Assembly (NCBI GenBank): GCA_004431415.1
Contig: QPMI01000244.1
Location: forward strand, 1-64,000
DNA from: Cyanophora paradoxa CCMP329
Lineage: Eukaryota > Plantae > Glaucophyta
Direction: 5' to 3'
DNA length: 64,000 nt
Of this stretch, positions 51,636-63,788 are shown piece by piece. Both the position numbers and the translations under genes were made by a program. How positions within the stretch are numbered: the stretch's first letter is position 1; every line of letters begins with the position of its first letter. The notes beneath the pieces are model-generated. The model was not told the origin of the DNA. It did not search any database and was given only the letters and a program-made list of their open reading frames with translations.

Positions 51636-54600
51636 CCGCCGCCTGGCCATCATGTTGAAGTGATATGCACAAATTGAATGAATGGCGATGGATGCATCGA
51701 TACCCTACCTCGAGCTCGCGATCGAGCTCAGCTGCAGCTATCATAGTATAGCGCTAGCTATATATATTGGGCCCCCCCCATAATTTTTTCCCAGGTCGCC
51801 CTCCGAATTTATCCTGAGGGCACCCACCCGACAAACCTCCCCTCAACGCTGCCCCCAACGTGCCCGCACCGTGCCCTATCGGTGCCCGCTCGGTGATTGG
51901 TCGGTGTCGCCCCCTTCCCCTCTCATATATCATATGCATATATCTTCTACCCGGCTCGACCTCTAGCGCACGCTCGGTCCAGTTACCCGCTATCGGTGAC
52001 CAATCGGTGCCCTGTCCGTGTCGCGTGCGTGCCCTCAGGAAGGAATCCTCCCCCCCAGACCCGAACCCGGGTCTTCGCCCCCGGAACCGAGAATCCTAAC
52101 CGCTAGGCTAAAACCGCAACCGAAATCGGCAGTTTTCAGGCGGGTATTTGAACCGCCTCCACCCACGACTGGCAACAATGGTGGGACCCTGGAAAATTTT
52201 CCAGCCGCCCCGCGACGCAATGCGGCGCCGCAGCGAGCACTGCGAGCGACGCAGCGCATGGTAAATATCGCTAACATACCGCTGGAAAGGTCGAATTCAA
52301 GCTCGCAGTCATGCCCGGCGGCCGAAATTTTTGAAACGATCCGACTCACTCGAAAATTTGATCCACATGCATGGGCCAGCCGATTCCTGTCCGACAATTC
52401 ACGAGAGCAATGCGCATAGATGCGCATAGACTTAACAAAGCCTGCGCCGCCCCGAAATCCGCCTTCGACCACCGGCGCAGCGCGAAAAGACGAACTGCAG
52501 AAAAATGCGATTCTGCACTCTCCTATCGAACTTTCCGCGCGCCCACGCCACGGCGCGCGCGCACAGCAATACAGTATGCATATTGAATGTATTTTAAGCG
52601 ATTCACATGCTTCTGGCATGCGCCAGGCCCCGGGAACCCGGGCTGCAATCAAGTTCGTTCAGGGACACCCCCATCAACCTTTCCGCGTGTCCATGCCTCC
52701 ACACGCGCGGGCATCGCCGGGCTATGTTCGTGTGATGTTTATCTGAAGTTGAGCGTGCTATGCGCGCGCAAAAAGCCTCCGAAATCCCGGGAGTCCACTC
52801 GGAACCGAAAAATCGATCCTGCACGTGCCTCTCCAATTTTCGAAGCACATGCATCAACCTTTCTGCGTGCTCGCGCCTCCACGCGCACGGGCATCAACAT
52901 GCTATGTTCCTACCGTAGTACGCATGCTTTACGCGCGCGAGAAGCCTCGAAATCCAGTCTGAACCGGTAAATCGATCCTACACATGCCTCTCTCATTTTC
53001 GATGAGCCTGCACTGTTCCAGGTCTCAAGAATATTTATGCATGCTTTTCTGATGTTCGAAGACGCCCGGCCGCGCCTCAGCAGCTCTCACTAGCACTAGC
53101 TATAGGCTCACGAAATTTGCGAACCAGATCTAGATCTAGATCTACTTAGATCTACCTTGATCTTTTATTGAGCTCGTGTACTGATTTAAATCAATGTTCT
53201 TCCCCTTAGATCTGGATAACTCGAAGGAATCTGGATGGGTGGGAAGGGGTGGGGGGAAGGGGGGGGGGGCCTTCCCCGCGTGAGCGGGTGTCTTGTATAT
53301 ATATATTGGGCCCCCCCCATAAATTTTTCCCAGGTCGCCCTCCGAATTTATCCTGAGGGCACCTACCCGACAAACCTCCCCTCAACGCTGCCCCAACCGT
53401 CCCAGCACCGTGCCCTATCGGTGCCCGCTCGGTGATTGGTCGGTGTCGCCCCCTTCCCCTCTCATATATCATATGCATATATCTTCTACCCGGCTCGACC
53501 ACAAGCGCACGCTCGGTCCAGTTACCCGCTATCGGTGACCAATCGGTGCCCTGTCCGTGTCGCGTTCGTGCCCTCAGGAAGGAATCCTCCCCCCCAGATC
53601 CGAACCCGGGTCTTCGGTTCCGGAACCGAGAATCCTAACCGCTAGGCTAAAACCGCAACCGAAAATGAAAGTTTTCAGGCGGGTATTTGAACCGCCTCCC
53701 ACCCACGAGTCGGAAGGATGGTGGGACCCTGGAAAATATTCCAACCGCCCCACGACGCAACCCGGCGCCGCAGCGAGCACTGCGAGCGACGCAGCGCATG
53801 GTAAATATCGCTAACATACCGCTGGAAAGGTCGTCTTCAACCTCGCAGTCACGCCAAAATTTTTGAAACGATCCCAGTCAATCGAAAATTTGATCCACAT
53901 GCATGGGCCAGCCGATTCCTGTCCGACAATTCACGAGAGCAATGCGCATAGATGCGCATAGACTTAACAAAGCCTGCGTCGCCCCGAAATTCGCCTTCGA
54001 GCGCCAGCGAAGCACGAGAAGGCAAACTGCAGCAAAAATGCGATTCTGCACTCTCCCATCGAACTTTCCGCGCGCCCACGCCGCGGCGCATGCGCGGAAC
54101 AATAGTATAAGCATTTGAGATATAGAGACAGCATTCCGTTTGCTCTCTAGATGCGCCGGGCCGCGAGAACCCAGCCGTCCCCGAAAATTCGATCCCGCAT
54201 GGACCTGAACATCTGTCCTCACGCCCTCGCATCCTGACGCATGCGCGTCGCTAAAATATTTATTTGACAGCTTTACAAAGTTTTGCGCAAGCTCTGCGGC
54301 CGGGACAGAGCACGAAAACTCAGCAGACGCCAAAAATTCGATCCTGCAGAGACCTGCAGCTGCACATGTACATCGATATCTTTCCGCCCGCCCTCGCCTC
54401 CGCAGCCCTAGGCCAGCACTGCGGGAGATCAATACTTTATGCATTCGAGATTCTGTTTAAGCGATTCGCAGGCTCCGAGCTCGAGGCTCTGTACATGCGC
54501 CTGACCACGAGAACCCCACCCCGGCCCGGCCCTCTCAGTGCACGTGCACATCCGATCGCGATGATCTCTCCTCGAAACTCTCGCCTAGGCCTTAACAAGC

Positions 54601-54673
54601 TCGTGTACTGATTTAAATCAATTTGCAATGTGTTTTCCCGTCCATTTAAACTAATCGAACGAATGTTGACGGG

Positions 54674-57600
54674 TGTTGCAGTAGGCATATACCTTCCCAA
54701 GTCCCTGTAGCCCTGTACCCATATAGCTCAGTCCTCCTGTACCCCAATATACCACCTTGCCAGCTATCTAGCCTGGCAATACCCTCGCCGTGGACTCTAC
54801 GCGCACTCCGTGCTGGCCAGCTGTCCACAGCAGCTGCGCCGGCCGAGTCCGTAGGAGCTCGGCGCGTCTACGCGGTGATGCAACCGTGCGCGGCTCATCC
54901 AACCAGCTAGAGACTTCGAGGGGACCACAAGCATCAGCTCGCGACTCCGGAAGCGGCCCCGCCCGCGGCCGTTTCGGTGGACGAAGGGCAACTTGGCTTT
55001 CGGGACCATCATCAGCCCGGCAAAAATTGTTTTTCGAGGCCAGCGAGCGAGCAATCAGCTCTCTAGGGGACACTGCCCGGGCAGTGGGAGTTCGCGGATC
55101 GCGCACCGCATCGCGGCCGCGATCTTCGTAAGCTCCAGGCAGCTACGTTCGGAAGAGGCTTGCGGGGGCGTTTCGGCAACCCCGTAGGTCCGCCTTTCGT
55201 CGTAGTAAAGAGACGTCGTCAGGGGTCGTTTCGGCTGCCCCGTGCGCACGCTCTCGAGCCTTCCGGCGGCCCAGCTTCCAGCCGGCGGTCGCCAGCCCGG
55301 CTCAACACCAGGCGTGCGCGCGCGTGTGGGGACGACGCCCACGTGCACGGGTCGTACGCAGTGCTCGGAGGACTGGGGCGAGTGCGGAGCTCGACAGGCG
55401 GAGTGACGGCGGCGACTCTCGGAGGCGCGCTCACGACCTCGGCCAAGACCGCCACGACGCCCGCCTCAGCGCCGCGCATTCCACGGCCTTTCGAAGGGGG
55501 AGACTCTGCCAAAATTTTCGGCTCAGCTCGTCGCCAGCTCGCCAGCGATCAGCCAGCAGCCGCCCCGTACCAGCCCGCGGACAGCTGGAAGCGCCGCGAG
55601 CCCCGGCCTCATCCCCTCTCATCCCTTCTTTCTTTCCTTCATCTACTACCTCTCTACGATGTCGCGACACGGGCGGCCACCCCCGGTGACGACGGCGGGC
55701 ATGTCCCACATCGCGGCCATCACCCATCGACAGGCAGCCGAGCAGCAGACCTACAACCAGCGGCTCCAGTACACGGAGGCACCCGTGCAGATGTCAGTCG
55801 GCAAGGGAACTATCGTCTGGTCGTGCGGCACGCCTCTGACGACGTCAAATGTCAAGCGGACGGTCAAGGAGTTCACGCGCGCCGCCCACACCAAGCCTTT
55901 CTTCCCCGGCGCCCCCTCGACTGCGGAGGAGCGGCGCCAGGCCAACTACACCCTCATGGAGTTCTCTCGGCTGCTCGCGGAGAGAGATCGGGCGGACTTC
56001 GCGCAACACCTGTACCGGCAGGAGCAGCATGACGCGGCGACGGCGCCACTCGTGGAAGCCGTCAACGTGCAGGACCTGGTGCTGGCTGGCATCCCGCAGG
56101 CGGACATGCTACGGCGGACGCAGGAGCAGAACCGACTCGACGAACTGCGGCGGACGTTGGCGGCGGCGCAGCAGCGAGCACCCCAGCCTCCGCTACGTCA
56201 CGTCGGAGACCTCACTCGTTGGCTCCACGCTCGCATCGACCCCGTCGACAAGGTCCGCATCACCAACTACACGCGCGAGATGCACATGGGCCTGCGCCCC
56301 GATCAACACTTCGAGCTGACGGTGGAGGCCATCGAGCTCAGCGGCAAGACCCCGACCCCGGCCGTCGTCATGGCGTCGCTGGAGGAGCAGATCCTCCTCC
56401 GCCAGCAGCAGCACGCCGACGCCTGGGAGATGTTCGGCGCCGAGGCCCACCACCGGCGGAAGAACTTTGCGACGCTGGTCGACAAGGCCATGCCGCAGCT
56501 TCGGGATCTCTGCCGGCAGCTCGAAGCTGACATACCGGGCAACCTCGAGCTTCAAACCTCCTCTTTCCTCGCAAGCGCCCCGATGATCTTCCAGCAGCCC
56601 CAGATCCTCGGCAACAGCTGGGACGTCAACCTGGGGGAGGAGGACACGAAGTCACCCGCAGCTCACGCGATTCGGATGGCAGCAGCGGCGTCGGCGGAAG
56701 GGGGAGCGTTGTCCAACTCCGAGGAGATGTCGGCACTCTTCGGGGCGGGCGGCGGCCGGGGCGACTCGTCCCACGCGACACCGACCAAGCGGCCCCGCCA
56801 GGAGCTGGCAGCAGCGCTCGGCGCAGCAGATATTAACACCCAGCCTACAGCCGCCCCGACGCTCAACTTCATCGCACAGATTGTGCAGGCCACAGTCACA
56901 TGCCTCCACAACAGGCTCGTGCAGGACGCAGCAGCGTACGCCACCTCCATGCAGCCGCGGGGCGCCCCCGTCAACACCTCTGGGCCAACGAACGCCGCCG
57001 TTGACCCGTACTCCGACACTGAGAGCGACCTCTACCAGCCCAACAGTACCACCGCCCAGCAGAGCTCAAGCTCAAGTCTCCCGCTGGCCCTCTACCCTCC
57101 GCCCCCTCAGCTCCCGCAAGCGCTGCCGTCGCCCTACACCTCGATGCCGGCCGGCCTCCCCCAGCCCCTGGCGCCACCAGCTGCAGCTGCAGCATGGCCG
57201 GCCCCGCCCCTCTGCTGGCGCTGTCAGGCCCTCTTCCAGATGCAGTGGCCTTTCATGCATCGCGAGGATGACTACACTCAGTGTGCGGCGGCCTGCGCCC
57301 TGGCGGGCCTCCCGTTGCCTCTCGGCGCGCCGGCGCTCCCGCCCAACTGGCGGGCGCGGCTCGGCCTCTTCTGAGCATGTCCTTCGGCCCAGTGGCCTCC
57401 GGGGCGCCGGGCGGGAGGCGGCGCCCATGCCCCATGGGGGCTACCTTTCCCTACTCCTCCCCAATTTCTCTCCCCTCACCTGCCTCCTACCCCCTACCCT
57501 TCCTCACTCTCCCTACCCGTACTCTGGCGCGGGGCTCACCCGAGCGCCCCAATCCGGCTGCCCTGATCACGTACCCCCCTCCGCTTGACTGCCTGCTACC

Positions 57601-59860
57601 CCTTTTTCTCGCCCCTACCCCGGCTCCCACCCCCTTCCCCGCGTACCCCCTCTGGATCCCCCCCCTCCCGCTGCCAGCGGCCGCGGCCCACCCCCGTACC
57701 CCAACGACGGGCTCATCTGAGCACCCTGATCCCCTTCTCCGCGTACCCCCCTCGGGATCCTCTGCCCCCCCGGGGGCCACCCCTCGCAACTCCTCTACCC
57801 CCCCCTGCCCCCTCGGCGGCGGCGGCGGCAGCGGCAGACTGCCGCGGCCGACTGCGGAGCTGCGCATGCGGATGGGAGAGGGAGAGGACATGTCAACAAG
57901 ATCCCAATCGCTGGGAAGCATATTTACTGGCTCCCCACGTTGCCCTATTCTTGGCTGACCGGTTTTTGTCGGCGAGATGTCGACGTCGATGATCACCCCT
58001 GTCGATGCTGGCGGCACGACGCCCGGGCGGTGGCCCCCGATCGCAAGCCCGACGAGCCTCTGGGGGGCCGGCGGCAGACGCGCCCGAGGCTGGCTCCGGA
58101 TCCGCCCCCCGAGGAATGCGGCAGCACTCCGTCGAGATGATTTCGAATGAGGTGAGCCACGGCAGGCCCACCCGGCTCGTGCGCTTAAGAACGGCCACCG
58201 TGGCCATGCAAGCCATAGCGGCCCCAAAAGCCATCGCGGCACGCAAGCCATGGCGGCAAAGTCACAGCGACTTGAGAGCCATAGCGGCTGAAAGCCATCG
58301 CGGCTTAAAATTTTCCTGGCGAGGCCACCCGCCCCAGACGACCTTTCCGGCGAGGCATAGCGCCCCGGTGGATCCCAAGGTTGTTTTTCGCAACGCAACG
58401 CTCGCGGGGGCAGTTTTCGCGCGCGACGCCTTGCCGTGCCGTCCCGCCACGCTAGCGCTGCGCCGCCACGCTGCGCCGCCGCGCTGCGCCGTCCCGCTGC
58501 ACCGCCCCGCACGCTGGCCCGCTCCGCTCTGCGCTGGTTCTATCCTCATCGAGTTTCTTCCCCCCTTTTCGAGTTTCTTAAAAACGCTAATTATGATCCC
58601 CTAGGGCCCAGCCCGCCTCTCTTTCACATGCCGTCCCGTGACAGCTTTTCTCAGCTGCTGTTCCACGGTTTGCCTCGTCACGGGCGGCATGTGAGAGGGG
58701 TGCTGGCTGGCCTCGGGGCCTGGCCGGTCGCCCTCCATCTGGGCTTGCTGCCCCCCCCCACCTCACCTTCTCCACGGCCCCAGCTCCCCCGGCGGCGATG
58801 CCGGCCCTCCCGCGGACCTCCTCCCCCTCGGCAGCGGCTCAGGCGGCTCGGCGACATGCACACCGCCGACGATCGACGTTCCATTATATACATTGTCTCG
58901 CTTGCGACGGCACGGCGGGGTTTTTGCCCGGTTTTTCCCCTGACCGTTACCGACCCTCGAGGGCATTCATCTGGCCCCGGGCGGCTTCTTCTTGCTCGCC
59001 CTCGATGGCAGTCTGTACGCTTCTTCTCGGACCTTTTTTTCGGTTTCCTGCTTTACTTTCGATCTATAGCTAGCGCTAGCCTAGTAGCAGTGCGCGAGGA
59101 CGCGCTCTCGTGAAATAGTAACATGTTGCAGCTCGCAGCTAAGATATATATGGGCACGCGTCCTTTGTATTCTCCAGCTCCTATACTTATAGTCAGACCC
59201 CTTATCGCAGGCCCTCCCGATCCATAGCATCTCGGATCCGGAGGCTCTGAGGCTCGTACCCCCACATTTATATATGTACTCCCGCATCCATGTTGTACTC
59301 CCGCATATGCATACACGCTGGACCCATAGCTATGTATATATAGCTATATAGGATTGATATCTTACACGATCTTGCTTGTAGTAGTCTAGTTGGTATCATA
59401 TCTTTCGAGTTTCGTTTTCGAGGCCGCCCGGTCGGTGAGCGCGTAGGCTAAATAGGCGCTCTGGCTTGAGGTTGGGACCTCAGTTCTTCTTCATCGTACA
59501 CCGCTCTTATAAATAATCAGCTTAGCACACCACGAGCCTCTCGTCTCGTGAAATAGTAACATCCCCTCGGCCAGCCACGAGCCTCTAGTCTCGTGAAATA
59601 GTAACATCCCCTGTACGCCGTTCGACTTCTCTCAGAGTTTCTCAGTATACGTATCTTTCGAAATTCCTCAGCTTTTTGATTCCTTTATAATTAATTTCGT
59701 ATATTTATCCTAGTTCAGTGCGCGAGGACGCGCACTCGTGAAATAGTAACATGTTGCAGTAGGCATATACCTTCCCAAGTCCCTGTAGCCCTGTACCCAT
59801 ATAGCTCAGTCCTCCTGTACCCCAATATACCACCTTGCCAGCTATCTAGCCTGGCAATAC
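54674..59860 (+). mobile_element. 5.2-kb non-autonomous LTR-like retroelement with identical 108-109 bp terminal direct repeats and gag-like ORF
   Basis: TGTTGCAGTAGG...CTGGCAATAC is identical at 54674-54782 and 59752-59860. The flanks (A)CGGG are duplicated (TSD 3-5 bp). Joining the flanks restores the host repeat seen uninterrupted at ~53220-53260. Confidence 0.8.
55659..57374 (+). CDS. Intronless gag-like ORF of the element
   Basis: 571-aa uninterrupted ORF in a window where most host genes have many introns; helical-looking N-terminal half, Pro/Ser-rich linker, and C-terminal CWRC-x10-H-x7-C knuckle-like motif. Confidence 0.65.
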   Translation: MSRHGRPPPVTTAGMSHIAAITHRQAAEQQTYNQRLQYTEAPVQMSVGKGTIVWSCGTPLTTSNVKRTVKEFTRAAHTKPFFPGAPSTAEERRQANYTLMEFSRLLAERDRADFAQHLYRQEQHDAATAPLVEAVNVQDLVLAGIPQADMLRRTQEQNRLDELRRTLAAAQQRAPQPPLRHVGDLTRWLHARIDPVDKVRITNYTREMHMGLRPDQHFELTVEAIELSGKTPTPAVVMASLEEQILLRQQQHADAWEMFGAEAHHRRKNFATLVDKAMPQLRDLCRQLEADIPGNLELQTSSFLASAPMIFQQPQILGNSWDVNLGEEDTKSPAAHAIRMAAAASAEGGALSNSEEMSALFGAGGGRGDSSHATPTKRPRQELAAALGAADINTQPTAAPTLNFIAQIVQATVTCLHNRLVQDAAAYATSMQPRGAPVNTSGPTNAAVDPYSDTESDLYQPNSTTAQQSSSSSLPLALYPPPPQLPQALPSPYTSMPAGLPQPLAPPAAAAAWPAPPLCWRCQALFQMQWPFMHREDDYTQCAAACALAGLPLPLGAPALPPNWRARLGLF

Positions 59861-62800
59861 GGGTGGGAAGGGGTGGGGGGAGGGGGGGGGGCCTTCCCCG
59901 CGTGAGCGGGTGTCTTGTATATATATATATATATATTAGCCCTGCCAATTTCGGGCGAAGCCTCTTCCGTAGGTCGATGGTGAACGTTTCCATCTATTTT
60001 TTTTCCACTCGAGTCCGATTGGTCCGAGCGTCCAGATTCGCGACCTCCGCAATAAAGGCGAACGGTCTCCGACCGAGTCCGACGTGACACAGTAGAACTG
60101 ACAGTCGACCAACCTCCACTGATTTATTTTCGCACTCATAGCTCCCCTAGAGTTCGGCCCGTGGGCGTCGCGCGAGAATCGAATTTCCCTCCAGGATCAA
60201 TTCCGGTATTTATACCCCGGGGCTCGATCGCGAAACTCCAAAAAGTGGGACCCGGTCCCGCGACGAAAGCGCGCCAGGGACGCGCCAGAGCGGTCACAAT
60301 GACAGCCAAGAGCGCGCGCATCGCGGCAAGCTCGGTTTCGGCCGCCGTGGACGCTCCAGTCACTTAGTGCACAGAGTCGGCCGAAATTTTGATCCTGCCG
60401 GTTCCGGCCGGTCTCCCGTCGCGCACATTCGATGCGTACTGGCGCGCATAGACATTCCAGGGCCTGCGCACTCCAGATATCCGCTTTTCGGAGCCGGAAC
60501 AGTGCAGGAAGGTGCCCGATGTCAAAAATTCGATCCTGCACAGCCCCGGGCAACTTTCCGCGCGCCGACGCCGCGGCGCATGCGCGGATCAATAGTATAT
60601 GCATTTCAGATGTAGAAGAAGCCTTCCGCACGGTCTCTAAATGCGCCGGGCCGCGAGGACCCAACCGACCCCGAAAATTCGATCCTGGATGGACCTGTGC
60701 ATCTTTCCGCGCGCCATCGCGTCCGCATCCATGCCCATTGCTACAGTATTCATTTGAGATCTAAACGAAGCCTTTCGCAAGCTCTGTGGGCGCGAAAGAG
60801 CTCGAGAACCCAGCCGACGCCAAAATTTCGATCCTGGACAGGCCGGCACATATTTCCGCGCGCCCTCTCCTCTGCAACCATGTGCATCGATCCTGCATGC
60901 ATTCGAGACTCTGTTTAAGCGATTTATAAGCTCTGCGCGTGCGCCTGGCCACGAGAATCTCGCCCGTCCCCTCACCAGTCTCCTCTCAATTTCCTCAGGG
61001 CCTCGAACTCAACTACAGCTAGCTGATTGGCAGCACGACTCCTCCCCTCATTTTATTCTCTCTCAGCTGCACCAATTCCCCTTATCACATAATAATATTC
61101 TCTCGGCACAACTCCTCTCAAGACAACTCCCCCCATAATTATATTCCCTCTCACCAGCCCTCCCCTCCCCTCTCCCTGCCCCGCCGACCCAGCAACAACC
61201 ACGACGGGCCGCGATGATTAAGGGCGACGCGAGGAGGGCTGCTGAGGCTTCGCCCGATGTTTGGGACCCGCAGGGGCCCAGGGCTTGTCGGGCGAAGCCT
61301 CTTCCGTAGGTCGATGGTGAACGTTTCCATTTATTTTTTTTCCAATCGAGTCCGATTGGTCCGACCGTCCAGATTCGCAACCTCCGCAATGAAGGCGAAC
61401 GATCTCCGACGTAACACAGCTGGACACGGACGTCACACTTATTTTTGGACTCGAGGCTCCCCTCAAATTCGGTCTGCACTCTTGGGTACCCGCGCGAAAA
61501 TCGAATTTCCCTCCAGGATCAATTCCGGTATTTATACCCCGGGGCTTGATCGCGAAACTCCAAAAAGTGGGACCCGGTCCCGCCCGGTCCCGCGACGAAA
61601 GCCCGCCACAGACGCCCCAGAGCAATGCAGAATGACAGCCAAGAGCGCGCGCATCGCGGCAAGCTCGATTTCGGGCGCCCTCGATGCTCCAGTCCGAAGA
61701 GTCGGCCGAAAGTTTGATCCTGCCGGTTCTTCCCGGTCCCCCGACGCGCGCAATCGATGCGTACTGGCGCGCATAAACATAGCAAGGCCTGCGCGCTCCA
61801 GCGATCCGCTTTTCGGACCCGGAGCAGCGCAGGAAGGTGTCCGACAGCAAACATTCGATCCTGCACAGTCCTGGGCATCTTTCCGCGCGCCCACGCTGCG
61901 GCGCATGCGCGCATCAATAGTATAAGCATTTCAGATGTAGAAGCAGACTTCCGCACGCTCTCTAAATGCGCCGGGCCGCGAGGACCCAGCCGTCCCCGAA
62001 AATTAAATCCTGGACGGACCTGCGCATCTTTCCGCGCGCCCTCGCGTCCTCACCCATGCCCATCGCTACAGTATTCATTTGAGATCTAAGCGAAGCCTTC
62101 CGCAAGCTCCGTGGCCGCGAAAGAGCACGAGAACCCAGCCGATGCCAAACTTTCGATCCTGGACAGGCCTGTACATATTTCCGCGCGCCCTCGCCTCCGC
62201 GGCCCTGCACATCGATCCTGCATCCATTCGAGACTCTGTTTAAGCGATTAATAAGCTCTGCGCATGCGCCTGGCCACGAGAATCTCGCCCGTCCCCTCAC
62301 CGATCTCCTCTCAATTTCCTCAGCGCCTCGAGCTCAACTACAGCTAGCTGATTGGCGGCACCACTCCTCCCCTCATTATATTCTCACCAATTCCCCTAAT
62401 TCCATAATTATATTCCGTCACGACGTCACTCAGGACAACTCCTTCCATAATTATATTCGCTCTCAGCAGCCCTCCCCTCTCGAGCTCCCTGCCCCACCGA
62501 CCCATGGCCAGCTCCTCTTCATTCTCCCGTTATTATATAGCTAGCTGCCCTGCAGGAAATCAGCCCACCTAATTATATTTCCTCTCACTAAACCTCCCCT
62601 CCCCTCTCCCTGCCCCACCGACCCAAAGACAGCCACGACGGGCCGCGATGATTAAGGGGGGCGCGAGGAGGGCAGCAGAGGCTTCGCCCGATGTTTGGGA
62701 CCCGCAGGGGCCCAGGGCTTGTCGGAAATCCAGATCGGCGAACGAAATTCCTGTGACGTCCAGGTTACGTCCGTCCCGCGTGTTCGCCCCGTAGTCGTCC

Positions 62801-63788
62801 TGAATCAATTCACGCACTTACCTCGACGATGACGTCACGCAATTTTCCATCACCTCCGTCTCATGGATCTAATCTCGAACTTGTACGCTGCAATCTCGAC
62901 AGCTGTCATGAATCAATTTCGGTCCTGACTTCCCTAAGACGACCGCTCTCCCGTGGGCGTCGAGCGAAAATCGAATTTCTCTCGCGGATCGATTCCGGTA
63001 TTTATACCCCGGTTCGATCGCGAAACCCCAAAAAGTGGGACCTGGTCCCGCCCGGTCCCGCGACGAAACGCGCCAGGAATGCCCCAGAGCGGTACAGAAT
63101 GAGAGCCGAGGGCGCGCGCACTGCTGCAAGATCGATTTCGGCCGCCGTCGACACTCCAGTGCGAAGAGTCGGCCAAAACTTTGACCCAGCCGGTCCCGTC
63201 CGGTCCCGCCACGTGCACGCGCGCAATCGATGCGTTCTCGCGCGCATAGACATAGCACGGCCTGCACACTCCAGGGATCCGCTTTTCAGAGCCGGAACAG
63301 TGCAGGAAGGTGCCCGGCGGCGAAAATTCGATCCTGCACAGCCCCGGGCATCTTTCCGCGCGCCCACGCCGCGGCGCACGCGCGGAACAAAAGTATAAGC
63401 ATTTGAGATGTAGACGAAGCATTCCGCGCGCTTTGCAGATGCGCCGGGCCGCGAGGATCCAGCCGACCCCGAAAATTCGATCCTTGGCGAACCTGCCCAT
63501 CTTTCCGCGCCCCCTCGCATCCTCACTGAGTCACGCATGCCCATCCCTACAGTATTCATTTGAAAGCTTTTCGTTGCTTTGCGCAAGCACTCTGGGGGCG
63601 AAAGAGCACAAGAACCCAGCCGACGCCAAATTTTCGATCCTGCACAGGCCTGCACATATTTCCGTGCGCCCTCGCCTCCGCAGCCCTCCACATTGATAGT
63701 ATATGCATTCGAGGTACTTTGCAAGAGATTCGCAAGCTCTACGCATGCGCCTGCCCGCAGGAACCTCGCTCCTCCCCTTAATGCTGAG

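Larger units (their letters stand above)
51757..63780. repeat. Satellite-like array: ~149-bp monomers in ~1.3-1.5 kb higher-order units (about 5 diverged copies), interrupted by the 54674-59860 element
   Basis: 51757-52570 is repeated from ~53296, and 60176-61060 is repeated from ~61499 and ~62968. The motif AAAATTCGATCCTG..TTTCCGCGCGCC recurs with GATCC/GATTC-like cores at 53892/54042/54191/54340, 60532/60681/60830, 61857/62006/62155 and 63330/63479. Confidence 0.85.

Noticed and set aside
51754-54700. Short duplicated ORFs in the repeat array (e.g. MGQPIPVRQFTRAMRIDAHR)
   Set aside because: They recur only because the DNA is duplicated; frames are not preserved between copies and no protein motifs are evident.
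57375-59090. pol (protease/RT/RNase H/integrase) or tyrosine recombinase in the 5.2-kb element
   Set aside because: No YxDD, D(S/T)G, DDE or RHRY-type motifs recognised in any listed frame; a highly decayed remnant cannot be excluded without a profile search.
59093-59751. CRISPR-like array suggested by a repeated palindromic motif
   Set aside because: Only four copies, irregular spacing (438, 45, 145 bp), eukaryotic context, no cas genes.
54674-59860. Canonical Helitron interpretation of the hairpin-plus-11-nt ends
   Set aside because: No 5' TC / 3' CTRR termini, no RepHel ORF, and a target-site duplication is present.
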